Below, piece by piece: positions 1 to 9,670 of a stretch of DNA of 64,000 bases (position 1 is the stretch's first letter; every line of letters starts with the position of its first letter). A model generated the notes under the pieces. It did not search any database. It worked only from the letters and a program-made list of their open reading frames with translations, and was not told the DNA's origin. The position numbers were made by a program, and so were the translations under genes. The stretch spans positions 11,745 through 75,744 of the forward strand of contig CBFHHA010000006.1 of assembly GCA_965655625.1 (NCBI GenBank), in the 5' to 3' direction. This stretch comes from Flavobacteriales bacterium. GTDB lineage: Bacteria > Bacteroidota > Bacteroidia > Flavobacteriales_D > CAJJDF01.

Positions 1-18
1 TTATTCCTATTACCTTTT

Positions 19-732
19 TCATTTCAATAGGTTTTTATACATGGCTATTGTTTTTTCGAATCCAAAATACAAAGCATCCGCAACTAGAGCATGCCCGATA
101 GAAACTTCCAATAAATTAGGAATTGACGAAGCAAAAAACGCCAAATTTTCTACATTCAAATCATGCCCAGCATTAAGACCAATTCCCATTTCTGAGGTGA
201 GTTTAGCGGCCTCCATAAACGGACGAATAGCTTCTTCTTTATCTGAAGAATAACCACTTGCATACGATTCTGTGTAGAGTTCGGCTCTATCCACCTGAAT
301 GAGTGCTAGCTGCTCTATATCTTTTGTGTTGGCTTCCATAAATACAGAAGTTCGAATTCCTGCTTTGGACAGTTCCCCGAGCGATTCTTCCAATAGGGAT
401 TTATTCTCTTTCACTTTCCATCCTGCATTAGAGGTTAATACTCCTGGCGGATCGGGCACCAAAGTTACCTGATGAGGTTTCGTTGAAAGCACTAAATCCA
501 TGAAACGCTTGTTGGGATATCCCTCCACATTAAACTCAGTTTGAATATTTTGAGCTAACTCGCTCACATCGGCATACCGTATGTGTCTTTCATCAGGTCT
601 AGGGTGAACAGTAATACCATCTGCCCCAAATTTTTCGATATCTAGCGCAACTTTTAGCAAGTTCGGAACGTTGTTTCCTCTAGCATTCCTTATTGTGGCT
701 ACTTTATTTATATTTACACTTAATTTTGTCAT
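19..732 (-). CDS. pdxJ: Pyridoxine 5'-phosphate synthase
   Basis: LSVNINKVATIRNARG, GITVHPRPDERHIR, LNAGHDLN and EVSIGHAL motifs of PdxJ. Confidence 0.96.
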   Translation of the reverse strand: MTKLSVNINKVATIRNARGNNVPNLLKVALDIEKFGADGITVHPRPDERHIRYADVSELAQNIQTEFNVEGYPNKRFMDLVLSTKPHQVTLVPDPPGVLTSNAGWKVKENKSLLEESLGELSKAGIRTSVFMEANTKDIEQLALIQVDRAELYTESYASGYSSDKEEAIRPFMEAAKLTSEMGIGLNAGHDLNVENLAFFASSIPNLLEVSIGHALVADALYFGFEKTIAMYKNLLK

Positions 733-834
733 ATTTTTGTAGTAAACTGAACTGCGAAAGAACAGTTTTTTGTTTAAAAAAGTTACATTTAAAGGTAAAA
801 AAAATACTCAACAAAATTCATCTATAAGAATACT

Positions 835-1497
835 ATGATTGCATCTCAATTAATTGTGGACTTACTTCCTCCATTAAAGCCCTCCGAAACTTTCAGCAAG
901 GCATTGCTTTGGATGAGCGAATTTAAGGTGGGTCATTTGCCGGTGGTTGACAAAAATAATTTTTTGGGAATTGTCTCAGAAGAAGATATTTTAGATTCCA
1001 GTTTGTCGGATGTAACCTTCCAATCCAACATAATTCAGCTCAACTCGGTATTTATTTACGAATACCAACATATTTTTGAAGTGATGAGAAAAATGTCTGA
1101 ATTTCAACTCACCGTAATGCCTATTCTTAATAGAAATGATGAGTATTTAGGATGCACAACTCTCTCTCACCTTATGACAGTTGCATCCAACACGACCTCC
1201 ATAAAGGAATCTGGCGGAGTGATTGTACTGAGAGTAAATTCTAAAGATTATTCACTGGCCGAAATTTCTCAAATTGTAGAAAGCAACAATGCCAGAATCT
1301 TAAGTTCTTACATCACCTCTTCGGACGATACATCTGAAATAGACGTGACTATCAAATTGAACAAAAAAGAACTAGGAGCGATTCTGCAAACCTTTCAACG
1401 GTATGATTATAAAGTCATTGAAACCTACCAAAAAGATGATGACTTTGATGAGTTAAAAAATAGATTTGATAATTTGATGAACCTCCTAGATTTATAG
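835..1497 (+). CDS. CBS domain-containing protein (AcuB-like, C-terminal ACT-like region)
   Basis: HLPVVD..FLGIVSEEDIL and MPILN..YLGCTT CBS pair; divergent from pdxJ. Confidence 0.85.
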   Translation: MIASQLIVDLLPPLKPSETFSKALLWMSEFKVGHLPVVDKNNFLGIVSEEDILDSSLSDVTFQSNIIQLNSVFIYEYQHIFEVMRKMSEFQLTVMPILNRNDEYLGCTTLSHLMTVASNTTSIKESGGVIVLRVNSKDYSLAEISQIVESNNARILSSYITSSDDTSEIDVTIKLNKKELGAILQTFQRYDYKVIETYQKDDDFDELKNRFDNLMNLLDL

Positions 1498-1512
1498 TAA
1501 TTTTACCCCACA

Positions 1513-2787
1513 ATGAAATACATTTTACTTTTCTTATCCTCGTTGTTGTATTGCCAATTGGCACTCTCACAACCTTCTAACAACAACTGTGCAAGCGCAA
1601 CAGAAATTTGCATTGCGAAAACAACATCTGGAACCACCCGTGATGCAACCAGCCAAGTGTGTGGAACTTGTGCAGATGGAGCTACCGTGATTGGTTCAGC
1701 TTGTTTTCAGCTTGTAAAAACGGTTTGGTATCAATTTACAACCAATGCCACAGGAGGAAATGCTGATGTCAGTGTAACTAGTTTAAATTGTTCTGCTGGT
1801 TCTAATGGATTGGGAGGAATTGTTTATTCTGCCGGAACTGCTTGTAATTCTTCCACATACGTTCCTGTTTCCAACTGTGAAGTAAATTCTGGTGGAGACT
1901 TTACCCTGAACGCAACCGGATTAGCAGCCAATACTACGTACTATATTCTTATCGCTAGCGACTCTGCAGGGAGCTGTGATTTTGATATTACGATTAGCGG
2001 TCCCGCAGTTGTATTGCCTCCCAGTTCAATCGTTATCTCGAACAACGTAGACACCACTATCATTTGCCCAGAAGACGTGGTAACTTTTTCTGCCAATGTA
2101 ACAAATTGCACCAATCCAGTGGTAAATTGGTTTGTAAATGGCGGATATACAGCAACTACAACCAATGGAAATTCTTTTCAAAAAGATTATTTTGTAAATG
2201 GCGATGTTGTAGGAGCTCAGGTAGAATGTGATTGTGGAGCAAATGCTGGGTCTAATCAACTATCAATAAATGTACATCCTTACATCACAATAAGCGCAGG
2301 ACCTTACACCAACATTCCATTCGGAGGATCTACCAAACTTAAAGGTTCTGGAGGGGTTACATATTCTTGGGCACCCACCGAAACTTTAGACAACCCAAAT
2401 ATTGCCAATCCAATTGCGACACCTTTGGGAGCTACAACATACACATTAACGGCAACTTCGATAGAAGGTTGTCGGTTTTTTGACAACGTCATCGTGAATG
2501 TTCTTGACTCCATTTTCGTTCCCAATACGTTCACCCCTAACTCGGATGGAGTTAACGACACCTGGGAAATAAGGCTTATCGAGTTTTTTCCGAAAGCAGA
2601 AATTACGGTATTCGACAGATGGGGACAAATTGTATTTAAAACAATTGGTTACCCAACTTCTGCTCGTTGGGATGGGACCCGAAACGGAACTCAACTTCCG
2701 GCATCAACCTACTACTATACAATTAGTTTGAGTATCGACTCCAAAGAAGAAAGAATAAAAACTGGATCAGTAACCCTAATATATTAA
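1513..2787 (+). CDS. T9SS type B (gliding-motility-associated) CTD cargo protein, Cys-rich
   Basis: Signal peptide; C-terminal VPNTFTPNSDGVNDTW...FDRWG...WDG...TYYY...GSVTLIY; followed by a PorP/SprF gene. Confidence 0.9.
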   Translation: MKYILLFLSSLLYCQLALSQPSNNNCASATEICIAKTTSGTTRDATSQVCGTCADGATVIGSACFQLVKTVWYQFTTNATGGNADVSVTSLNCSAGSNGLGGIVYSAGTACNSSTYVPVSNCEVNSGGDFTLNATGLAANTTYYILIASDSAGSCDFDITISGPAVVLPPSSIVISNNVDTTIICPEDVVTFSANVTNCTNPVVNWFVNGGYTATTTNGNSFQKDYFVNGDVVGAQVECDCGANAGSNQLSINVHPYITISAGPYTNIPFGGSTKLKGSGGVTYSWAPTETLDNPNIANPIATPLGATTYTLTATSIEGCRFFDNVIVNVLDSIFVPNTFTPNSDGVNDTWEIRLIEFFPKAEITVFDRWGQIVFKTIGYPTSARWDGTRNGTQLPASTYYYTISLSIDSKEERIKTGSVTLIY

Positions 2788-2788
2788 G

Positions 2789-3724
2789 ATGATTAAGAAA
2801 CTCTCACTGGCTTTATTTCTAGCTTTTTCGGTTACCGGTTTTAGTCAACAAATTCCGCAATTCACCAATTATCTAACCAATCAGTTCGCCTACAATCCTG
2901 CAGTGGCGGGAAGTAAAGAATGCTTAGATATTACCTTGGGACATCGAACTCAATGGAGTGGATTTGAAGGAGCACCCGTAACGACCTACGGAAGTTTTAA
3001 CACAACACTGAAGCAAGATAAATTTGGCTTGGGGTATAAACATGCTATCGGAATTGTTGCCCTGAGCGACTCTTATGGTCCTTTTACTCGTTCCAAATTA
3101 AAAGCTGCCTACGCTTATCACCTTCCACTCACAAGAGATATTCTATTCTCTATGGGTATGTTCTTTGGTATAGAACAAGTAAATTTTGATGCCAGTGACA
3201 TAACTCTAATTAACTATAATGATGATGCGGTAAACAACTCAAGGAGATCTACTATTTTTCCTGAAATTACGCCAGGAGTGTTCCTACAATCTGATAGATG
3301 GTTTGCTGGAGCTACACTTCAACAAACACTAGGAAACAGAAAAAAAGCAGTAGGAACAGACGATACACGTCTCACTAGGCACGGAACAATCATGGGGGGT
3401 CTTAACATTCCTATTACGGATGATTGGTCTATTATACCTTCTACGATGTTCAAGTTTTCGAAAGCAGCTCCATGGGCAATCGATGTAAATGCAATGGCAG
3501 ATTTCAAAAGGAAAATTTCAGTTGGAATCTCTTATCGAAATATAGATGCCGTTGCAGCCTTAATTAATTTCAATTTTTTGAATTATTTCAGAGTGGGTTA
3601 TGCCTATGATTATACTTTATCTAAAATAAGATTTGGTGGATTCAACTCACACGAGGTAACACTAGTAATCAATCCATGCGGTTTTAAAGAAGATCCTAAA
3701 TATGCCTGCCCTACTTTTAATTAA
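2789..3724 (+). CDS. PorP/SprF family T9SS outer-membrane protein
   Basis: QQIPQFTNY..NPAVAG, RTQWSGFEGAP, GYAYDY...SHEV motifs. Confidence 0.92.
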   Translation: MIKKLSLALFLAFSVTGFSQQIPQFTNYLTNQFAYNPAVAGSKECLDITLGHRTQWSGFEGAPVTTYGSFNTTLKQDKFGLGYKHAIGIVALSDSYGPFTRSKLKAAYAYHLPLTRDILFSMGMFFGIEQVNFDASDITLINYNDDAVNNSRRSTIFPEITPGVFLQSDRWFAGATLQQTLGNRKKAVGTDDTRLTRHGTIMGGLNIPITDDWSIIPSTMFKFSKAAPWAIDVNAMADFKRKISVGISYRNIDAVAALINFNFLNYFRVGYAYDYTLSKIRFGGFNSHEVTLVINPCGFKEDPKYACPTFN

Positions 3725-3821
3725 GCGGGTAGTTTGATTTTATTCCAAAATCAAATTAGTACTTATATTTAGTCCTATATTTTCACTAAATTCTATTGAT
3801 TCAAATAATAAATTCACTTCA

Positions 3822-6230
3822 ATGTACAAGATTATTTATGCACTTTCTTTTCTGTTAATTTCCGTTTTGGGAACATCTCAAGCTACTCAAACCATAAGAG
3901 GTAAAATAATTGACAAAGAAACATTTTCGCCCATCATTGGAGCCACTGTTTTACTTGTTTCAAATCAAGAAACACCTCAGGGAGCCTCCACAGATATTGA
4001 CGGAAATTACCGCATAGATGGAATAACGATTGGCAGACACACCCTGAAAGTGAAGTACCTAGGTTATTACGAAAAAACAATTTCGATTGTTGTGAATTCT
4101 GGTAAAGAATTGATTCTTAATATCGAATTGGAAGAATCAATGATAAAGATGAAGGAAGTTGAAATTTCAGCAGACGAAAATGGAGGTGTAAAAAATGAAA
4201 TGGCACTTGTAAGCGTTACTAGTTTTTCGGTAGAAGAAACTGATAAATATGCAGGAAGCCGAGGAGATCCGGCCCGAATGGCTGCAAATTTTGCCGGAGT
4301 GCAGGGAGCAGATGACTCCAGAAACGATATTATTGTGCGAGGAAACTCTCCGTTGGGAGTTCTGTGGAGAGTTGAAGGAATTGATATTCCTAACCCCAAT
4401 CATTTTGCCATTGCGGGAACCTCAGGTGGTCCGGTTTCTATCCTGAATAATAAATTAATGGCAAACTCCGATTTCTTTACTGCCGCATTTCCGGCAGAAT
4501 ATGGAAACAGTATAGCTGGAGTATTTGATTTAAAACTAAGAAATGGAAACAACCAAAAGCATGAATTTAGTGGTCAATTTGGTTTTTTAGGGACGGAATT
4601 AATGGCAGAAGGACCTTTGAACAAAAAGAATGGCTCATCCTATTTAATCGCCTACCGATATTCTACTTTAGCAATTTTTGGTGGACTGGGAATCAAAGTC
4701 GGAACAGATGCCATTCCTGCCTATCAGGATTTGAGCTTCAAGCTTAATTTTCCTCAGAAAAAAGGAGGAACCATTTCCTTGTTTGGAATTTCTGGAAGTA
4801 GCGACATCGACATTGAATTTAGTCCAGAAGAAAAGCCAAATGATGAACTCAATATTTATGGCGAAAATGACAGAGATCAATATTTCAATACGCGCATGGC
4901 TGTAGCTGGACTAACCTACATCAAACCACTCAAGAAAAATGCCTATTGGAAAACAACAATAGCAGGATCAGTAGAAGAACAAAAAGCCGTTCACAATTAT
5001 TTTAATCGCAGTGTAAACACTTATGGATTCTACAACTTGGATACAATCTATACAATTTTAGATTATCGCTTCAGGCAGTTCAAAACCTCTGCCTCTTCAT
5101 TCATAAATAAAAAGCTGAACAAGCAAAGTGTCCTCAAATTTGGGTTTAATGCTGATGTTTTTTTCTATGATTTTCACGACAGTGTACTACTTGATCAATT
5201 AAACCCTCCTACTTGGGATGTTCGTTGGGATCACAATGGTACAGCTGCACTCATCCAACCTTTTGCTCAACTTAAGCACAAGTTCAATGAGCGATTTGTC
5301 ATGAATTTCGGATTGCATGCCCAAGCATTTACGCAAAGTGAGAGTATTTCATTCATAGAGCCAAGAATCAGCATGAAATGGAATTTGGACGAGAAACAGG
5401 TAATTTCTTCAGGTGTTGGGCTACACAGTCAATTACAACCTTCATACACCTACTTTTATCAGTTGCCATCGGGAGTTGGCACAGAAGAAATTCAACATAA
5501 CAGTAAAATGGATTTCTCCAAAAGTATCCATTCGGTGATAGGGTATGCAAATTCCATTTCGGCTAAAACATTAATTAAATCGGAAGTGTACTTTCAGTAC
5601 TTATATAACATTCCTGTAGAAGTAACTCCTTCTTCGTTTTCTATGGTGAATCAGGGGTCTGGCTTCACAAGATTCTTCCCAGACTCTCTTCAAAATACGG
5701 GCACGGGTAAAAATTACGGAATCGAATTAACAGTAAAGCATAATTTTGACAAAACACTCTTTGCCTTGTTTACAGGAGCCATTTACAATAGTTTGTACAG
5801 AGGTAGCGATGGAATTGAAAGGAACACAGATTTTAATGGGAATTTTGCCGCAAATTTCTTGATGGGAAAGGAGTTTAAACTGAATAAAAAGAACTCCATT
5901 ACGATTGGTGCAAACATAACTTGGGCAGGAGGAAGAAGGTTTGGAATTGTGGATTCTACGGCCTCTGCCGCAGCGCGAGAAGTCATCTTTCTAGATGAGG
6001 GCTACAACGAGTCGCAGTTCAAGGATTATTTTCGTGCCGACATTAAAATCAATTACAAACTGAATACAAAAAAACTCACCCACGAAATTGGTCTAGATTT
6101 GGTAAATGTATTAGGAATAGAAAACATTCTGGCGGTAACTTACGCCCCAACACCTGATGATCCTCAGCGAATTACCTATTCCAATCAGCTAGGATTTTTA
6201 CCTTTGTTTTATTACCGAATTGATTTTTAA
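3822..6230 (+). CDS. TonB-dependent receptor with N-terminal carboxypeptidase-regulatory-like domain
   Basis: IRGKIIDKET..IIGATV N-domain; plug NDIIVRGNSP..EGIDIPNPNHF; C-terminal YRIDF. Confidence 0.88.
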   Translation: MYKIIYALSFLLISVLGTSQATQTIRGKIIDKETFSPIIGATVLLVSNQETPQGASTDIDGNYRIDGITIGRHTLKVKYLGYYEKTISIVVNSGKELILNIELEESMIKMKEVEISADENGGVKNEMALVSVTSFSVEETDKYAGSRGDPARMAANFAGVQGADDSRNDIIVRGNSPLGVLWRVEGIDIPNPNHFAIAGTSGGPVSILNNKLMANSDFFTAAFPAEYGNSIAGVFDLKLRNGNNQKHEFSGQFGFLGTELMAEGPLNKKNGSSYLIAYRYSTLAIFGGLGIKVGTDAIPAYQDLSFKLNFPQKKGGTISLFGISGSSDIDIEFSPEEKPNDELNIYGENDRDQYFNTRMAVAGLTYIKPLKKNAYWKTTIAGSVEEQKAVHNYFNRSVNTYGFYNLDTIYTILDYRFRQFKTSASSFINKKLNKQSVLKFGFNADVFFYDFHDSVLLDQLNPPTWDVRWDHNGTAALIQPFAQLKHKFNERFVMNFGLHAQAFTQSESISFIEPRISMKWNLDEKQVISSGVGLHSQLQPSYTYFYQLPSGVGTEEIQHNSKMDFSKSIHSVIGYANSISAKTLIKSEVYFQYLYNIPVEVTPSSFSMVNQGSGFTRFFPDSLQNTGTGKNYGIELTVKHNFDKTLFALFTGAIYNSLYRGSDGIERNTDFNGNFAANFLMGKEFKLNKKNSITIGANITWAGGRRFGIVDSTASAAAREVIFLDEGYNESQFKDYFRADIKINYKLNTKKLTHEIGLDLVNVLGIENILAVTYAPTPDDPQRITYSNQLGFLPLFYYRIDF

Positions 6231-6232
6231 GC

Positions 6233-6664
6233 ATGGCAGGGAAAACTCCTTATAAACCACTGATTTATCCAGCTAAAATAATACTGGCTTGGGGAGAAGC
6301 AATTTCGGGCAATACTGAAATTCGCGACTGGCTCGGGAAAAATGGATATCCGGAACTGTACACCTTTGTCTTTGCTCTTAACCTAAAAGAAACAGCCAGA
6401 GAGTGGCTCATGAAAAATAAATACCCTCACTTAATGGCATTAATCCAAGGAGTAGAAGGAAATGAGAAGGCGTTGGATTGGCTTAACAAAAATGGGTTTG
6501 AAGTCCTCTTTCATATCGCCAAAGCAGGTGATGGTGACACATCCTCTTTGGAGTGGCTTAAAGTAAACCAACGCGACTTTGCACATCTGGCTCTAAAAAT
6601 TAAAGCAAGAAAAGATCAAATACAACTAGATCACGATGATGTGCACAAAATGAGTCCAGAATAG
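6233..6664 (+). CDS. Hypothetical protein with four ~25-aa helical repeats
   Basis: Repeated G[ND]xxxxxWLxKNG[YF]xxL-like motif; starts 2 nt after the receptor stop. Confidence 0.75.
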   Translation: MAGKTPYKPLIYPAKIILAWGEAISGNTEIRDWLGKNGYPELYTFVFALNLKETAREWLMKNKYPHLMALIQGVEGNEKALDWLNKNGFEVLFHIAKAGDGDTSSLEWLKVNQRDFAHLALKIKARKDQIQLDHDDVHKMSPE

Positions 6665-6705
6665 AGTATTCTAGGCTATTTTTCGTTTATAAACTGCTGT
6701 TCCAA

Positions 6706-7998
6706 TTACAAGCTCCAGTATTCTATTTGTTTAATTTTGTCTTTCAAAATCCCCTTCACATCTACAAAAACTCCTTTGCCCTCAGGCAAAAAAGACTGGA
6801 AATACTTCTCGTCCAAGTTCACATAGTCTTGGTGATTCACAGCTAAGATAATTGCGTCATATTTTCCGGTTGGTTCATTTACCAAACCAAATCCATATTC
6901 ATGTTGCAATTCATCTGAACTAGCATGCGGATCTACTACTTCTACGTTACAAGAAAACGACTCCAATTCTCTAATTACATCCACTACTTTGGAGTTTCTG
7001 ATGTCACTCACATCCTCCTTGAAAGTTGCTCCCATAACAAGAACTCTGGCATCCATAATATTGGTCCCTTGTGCCAATATTTTCTTTACAGTTTGTTTTC
7101 CAATATAGAACCCCATTGAATCATTCACGTACCTTCCAGAGTTTATTACTTTGGCGTGGTATCCTGTTTTCTTTGCTTTGTGAGTTAGGTAATAAGGATC
7201 TACACCGATACAATGACCTCCCACTAAACCAGGCTTAAAATTCAAGAAATTCCATTTGGTTCCGGCCGCTTCCAACACATCATACGTATTTATTCCAACT
7301 CTATTGAATATGATTGATAGCTCGTTAATCAAAGCGATATTTACATCTCTTTGCGTATTCTCAATAATTTTGGCAGCTTCCGCCACTTTGATCGAGGCAG
7401 CTCTATGAACTCCTGCATCCACAACCAATTCATAAGTCTTTGCTACTTCCTCCAAAGCCTCTGGCGAACAAGCTGAAGCTACTTTCACGATGGTACTTAG
7501 TGTATGCACTTTATCACCCGGATTAATTCTCTCTGGAGAGTAACCTACTTTAAAGTCTTCTTTCCACTTGAGACCCGAAACTTCTTCCAACACTGGAATA
7601 CAATCGTCTTCGGTACAACCAGGATAAACAGTAGATTCATACACAACATAATCTCCTTTTTTGAGAACTTGAGCTACTGTTTTACTCGCACCCAACAAAG
7701 GACGTAAGTCCGGCAAATTGCTTTCGTCAATTGGGGTTGGAACAGCTATAATATAAAAAGAGGCTTTCTTCAGTTCTTCTAGGTCTGCAGTGAAGGTAAT
7801 ATCAGAGTTTTCAAAATCTTTTGCTTCAAGTTCCTTGCTAGGATCGATGTTGTTTTGCATCAATTTTACTCGATCTGCATTGATATCAAACCCTATTACT
7901 TTTATTTTTTTAGCGAACTCTAGGGCGATAGGAAGTCCTACATATCCTAATCCTATTACGGCTAAAGTTGCTTCTTTATTTACTAATTTATCGTACAT
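6706..7998 (-). CDS. UDP-N-acetylhexosamine 6-dehydrogenase (WbpA/WbpO/TviB family)
   Basis: GLGYVGLP, YESTVYPG, YSPERINPG, GGHCIGVDP. Confidence 0.92.
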   Translation of the reverse strand: MYDKLVNKEATLAVIGLGYVGLPIALEFAKKIKVIGFDINADRVKLMQNNIDPSKELEAKDFENSDITFTADLEELKKASFYIIAVPTPIDESNLPDLRPLLGASKTVAQVLKKGDYVVYESTVYPGCTEDDCIPVLEEVSGLKWKEDFKVGYSPERINPGDKVHTLSTIVKVASACSPEALEEVAKTYELVVDAGVHRAASIKVAEAAKIIENTQRDVNIALINELSIIFNRVGINTYDVLEAAGTKWNFLNFKPGLVGGHCIGVDPYYLTHKAKKTGYHAKVINSGRYVNDSMGFYIGKQTVKKILAQGTNIMDARVLVMGATFKEDVSDIRNSKVVDVIRELESFSCNVEVVDPHASSDELQHEYGFGLVNEPTGKYDAIILAVNHQDYVNLDEKYFQSFLPEGKGVFVDVKGILKDKIKQIEYWSL

Positions 7999-8066
7999 AA
8001 GTTAATCTTGTTATCTTCTTAAAAAAAGAACTATCACAGTTCCACATGTTCAATTTGATCACTAAT

Positions 8067-9098
8067 TTAATATCCTTGCTCGTCTCTTACTTTGTAAATT
8101 CTTTCAATGATATCTACCACTTTCATTCCTTCGAGCGCGTTGGTAGTTGTAGTAGCTGAACCGCTTAGGGTATCTACCACGTTTTCAATCACATAATTGT
8201 GGTTAGCCGCAGAACCTTTATAAGGTCCATAATCATTCGCTGGGTTACTTGGCGGCAATACGGGCATTTCGTACCCTTCTATGTGGCAATATTCTACTTC
8301 ATTCATATATTGTCCTCCCACTTTAACACTTCCTTTGCTTCCTATGATTGTCAAGCTACTTTCTAAATTTTTGTCCCATACAGCTGTGGAATAATTTAAT
8401 ACGCCCATTCCTCCTTTTAAGAAGTCGAAAGTTACTAAACCTGAATCTTCGAATGCGGTAGTTTCTTTGTGAGTAAAGTCTTTAAAATTTCCTTTGATAT
8501 TATCAATATCACCACACAACCAATACATGATATCGATAAAATGAGAAAACTGAGTAAACAAAGTTCCACCATCAAGGTCTGGTGTTCCTTTCCACCCACC
8601 TTTTTTGTAGTAACGATCATCTCTGTTCCAATAACAGTTCAACTGAACCATATGAATATCACCCAGCAGCTTGTTCTCCATCACTTCCTTTAACCATGCT
8701 GACGGAGGTGAATACCTATTTTGCATGACGCAAAAAACTTGTTTGTTATTTTTTAAGGAAACATGCATGATTTCCTCGCAATCTGCTTTAGAAAGCCCCA
8801 TTGGCTTTTCGCACACTATGTGTTTTCCTGCCTCCAGTGCCAACAAACTATGTGAAGCGTGAATTCCATTCGGTGTACTCACCGTTAACACATCAAACTC
8901 TGTGTCACTGGCTAGTAATTCTTCTATCGATTGAAAAAAAGGAACAGGAAAATTTTCTATTCCTAATTCTTCCTTTGGTCTAATATCGCACAAAGCGGCT
9001 AATTCAGCCCCTTCATTTCTCATAATCATTTCGGCATGTCGTTTTCCGATATGCCCATTTCCTACAACTGCAAATTTTACTTTTTTCATTCTATTCAT
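8067..9098 (-). CDS. Gfo/Idh/MocA oxidoreductase, WbpB-like UDP-GlcNAcA 3-dehydrogenase
   Basis: GNGHIG, CEKPM, QNRY, GGTLFTQFSHFID; operon context. Confidence 0.85.
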   Translation of the reverse strand: MNRMKKVKFAVVGNGHIGKRHAEMIMRNEGAELAALCDIRPKEELGIENFPVPFFQSIEELLASDTEFDVLTVSTPNGIHASHSLLALEAGKHIVCEKPMGLSKADCEEIMHVSLKNNKQVFCVMQNRYSPPSAWLKEVMENKLLGDIHMVQLNCYWNRDDRYYKKGGWKGTPDLDGGTLFTQFSHFIDIMYWLCGDIDNIKGNFKDFTHKETTAFEDSGLVTFDFLKGGMGVLNYSTAVWDKNLESSLTIIGSKGSVKVGGQYMNEVEYCHIEGYEMPVLPPSNPANDYGPYKGSAANHNYVIENVVDTLSGSATTTTNALEGMKVVDIIERIYKVRDEQGY

Positions 9099-9670
9099 TT
9101 TATTGGAAATACCTTGTTACTCTCCAATCTGTATTTTTGTTTTGACTCTACGCAAATTGCCTCGCCATTGGAGTCAAACTTTAATCTATGACCGTATTCA
9201 CTTACCCAGCCTATTTGTTTTGCGGGGTTACCCACCCACAAGCTGTAATCTGGAATTTCTTTGGTTACCACTGCTCCTGCACCTATAAATGAGTAGGCCC
9301 CAATGTCATTTCCACATACAATTGTGGCGTTCGCTCCAATTGAAGCTCCTTTTCTCACTCGAGTTTGTAGGTATTCCTCTTTTCTCACAATTGCACTTCT
9401 GGGGTTAATCACATTTGTAAAAACCATGGAGGGACCAAGGAAAACATCATCTTCACATATTACACCAGTGTATATTGATACGTTGTTCTGCACTTTCACA
9501 TTATTACCAAGAACAACCTCTGGCGAAATCACCACATTTTGACCAATATTACACCGTTTACCAATAATGCAATTAGGCATGATGTGTGAAAAATGCCAAA
9601 TTTTAGTTCCTTCACCAATTTTGCTACCCGCATCAATCACGGCTGTTTCATGAGAAAAATATGTATCCAT
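9095..9670 (-). CDS. Hexapeptide-repeat N-acetyltransferase, WbpD-like
   Basis: KIWHFSHIM..CNIGQNV..VKVQNNVSIYTGV..FTNVINPRS; start reassigned to ATG 9670 (MDTYFSHETAV), which overlaps the upstream TAA. Confidence 0.9.
   Translation of the reverse strand: MDTYFSHETAVIDAGSKIGEGTKIWHFSHIMPNCIIGKRCNIGQNVVISPEVVLGNNVKVQNNVSIYTGVICEDDVFLGPSMVFTNVINPRSAIVRKEEYLQTRVRKGASIGANATIVCGNDIGAYSFIGAGAVVTKEIPDYSLWVGNPAKQIGWVSEYGHRLKFDSNGEAICVESKQKYRLESNKVFPIK

Noticed and set aside
3731-3757. AT-rich inverted repeat upstream of the first TonB-dependent receptor
   Set aside because: Cannot distinguish an operator from a weak terminator or chance; no recognisable regulator box
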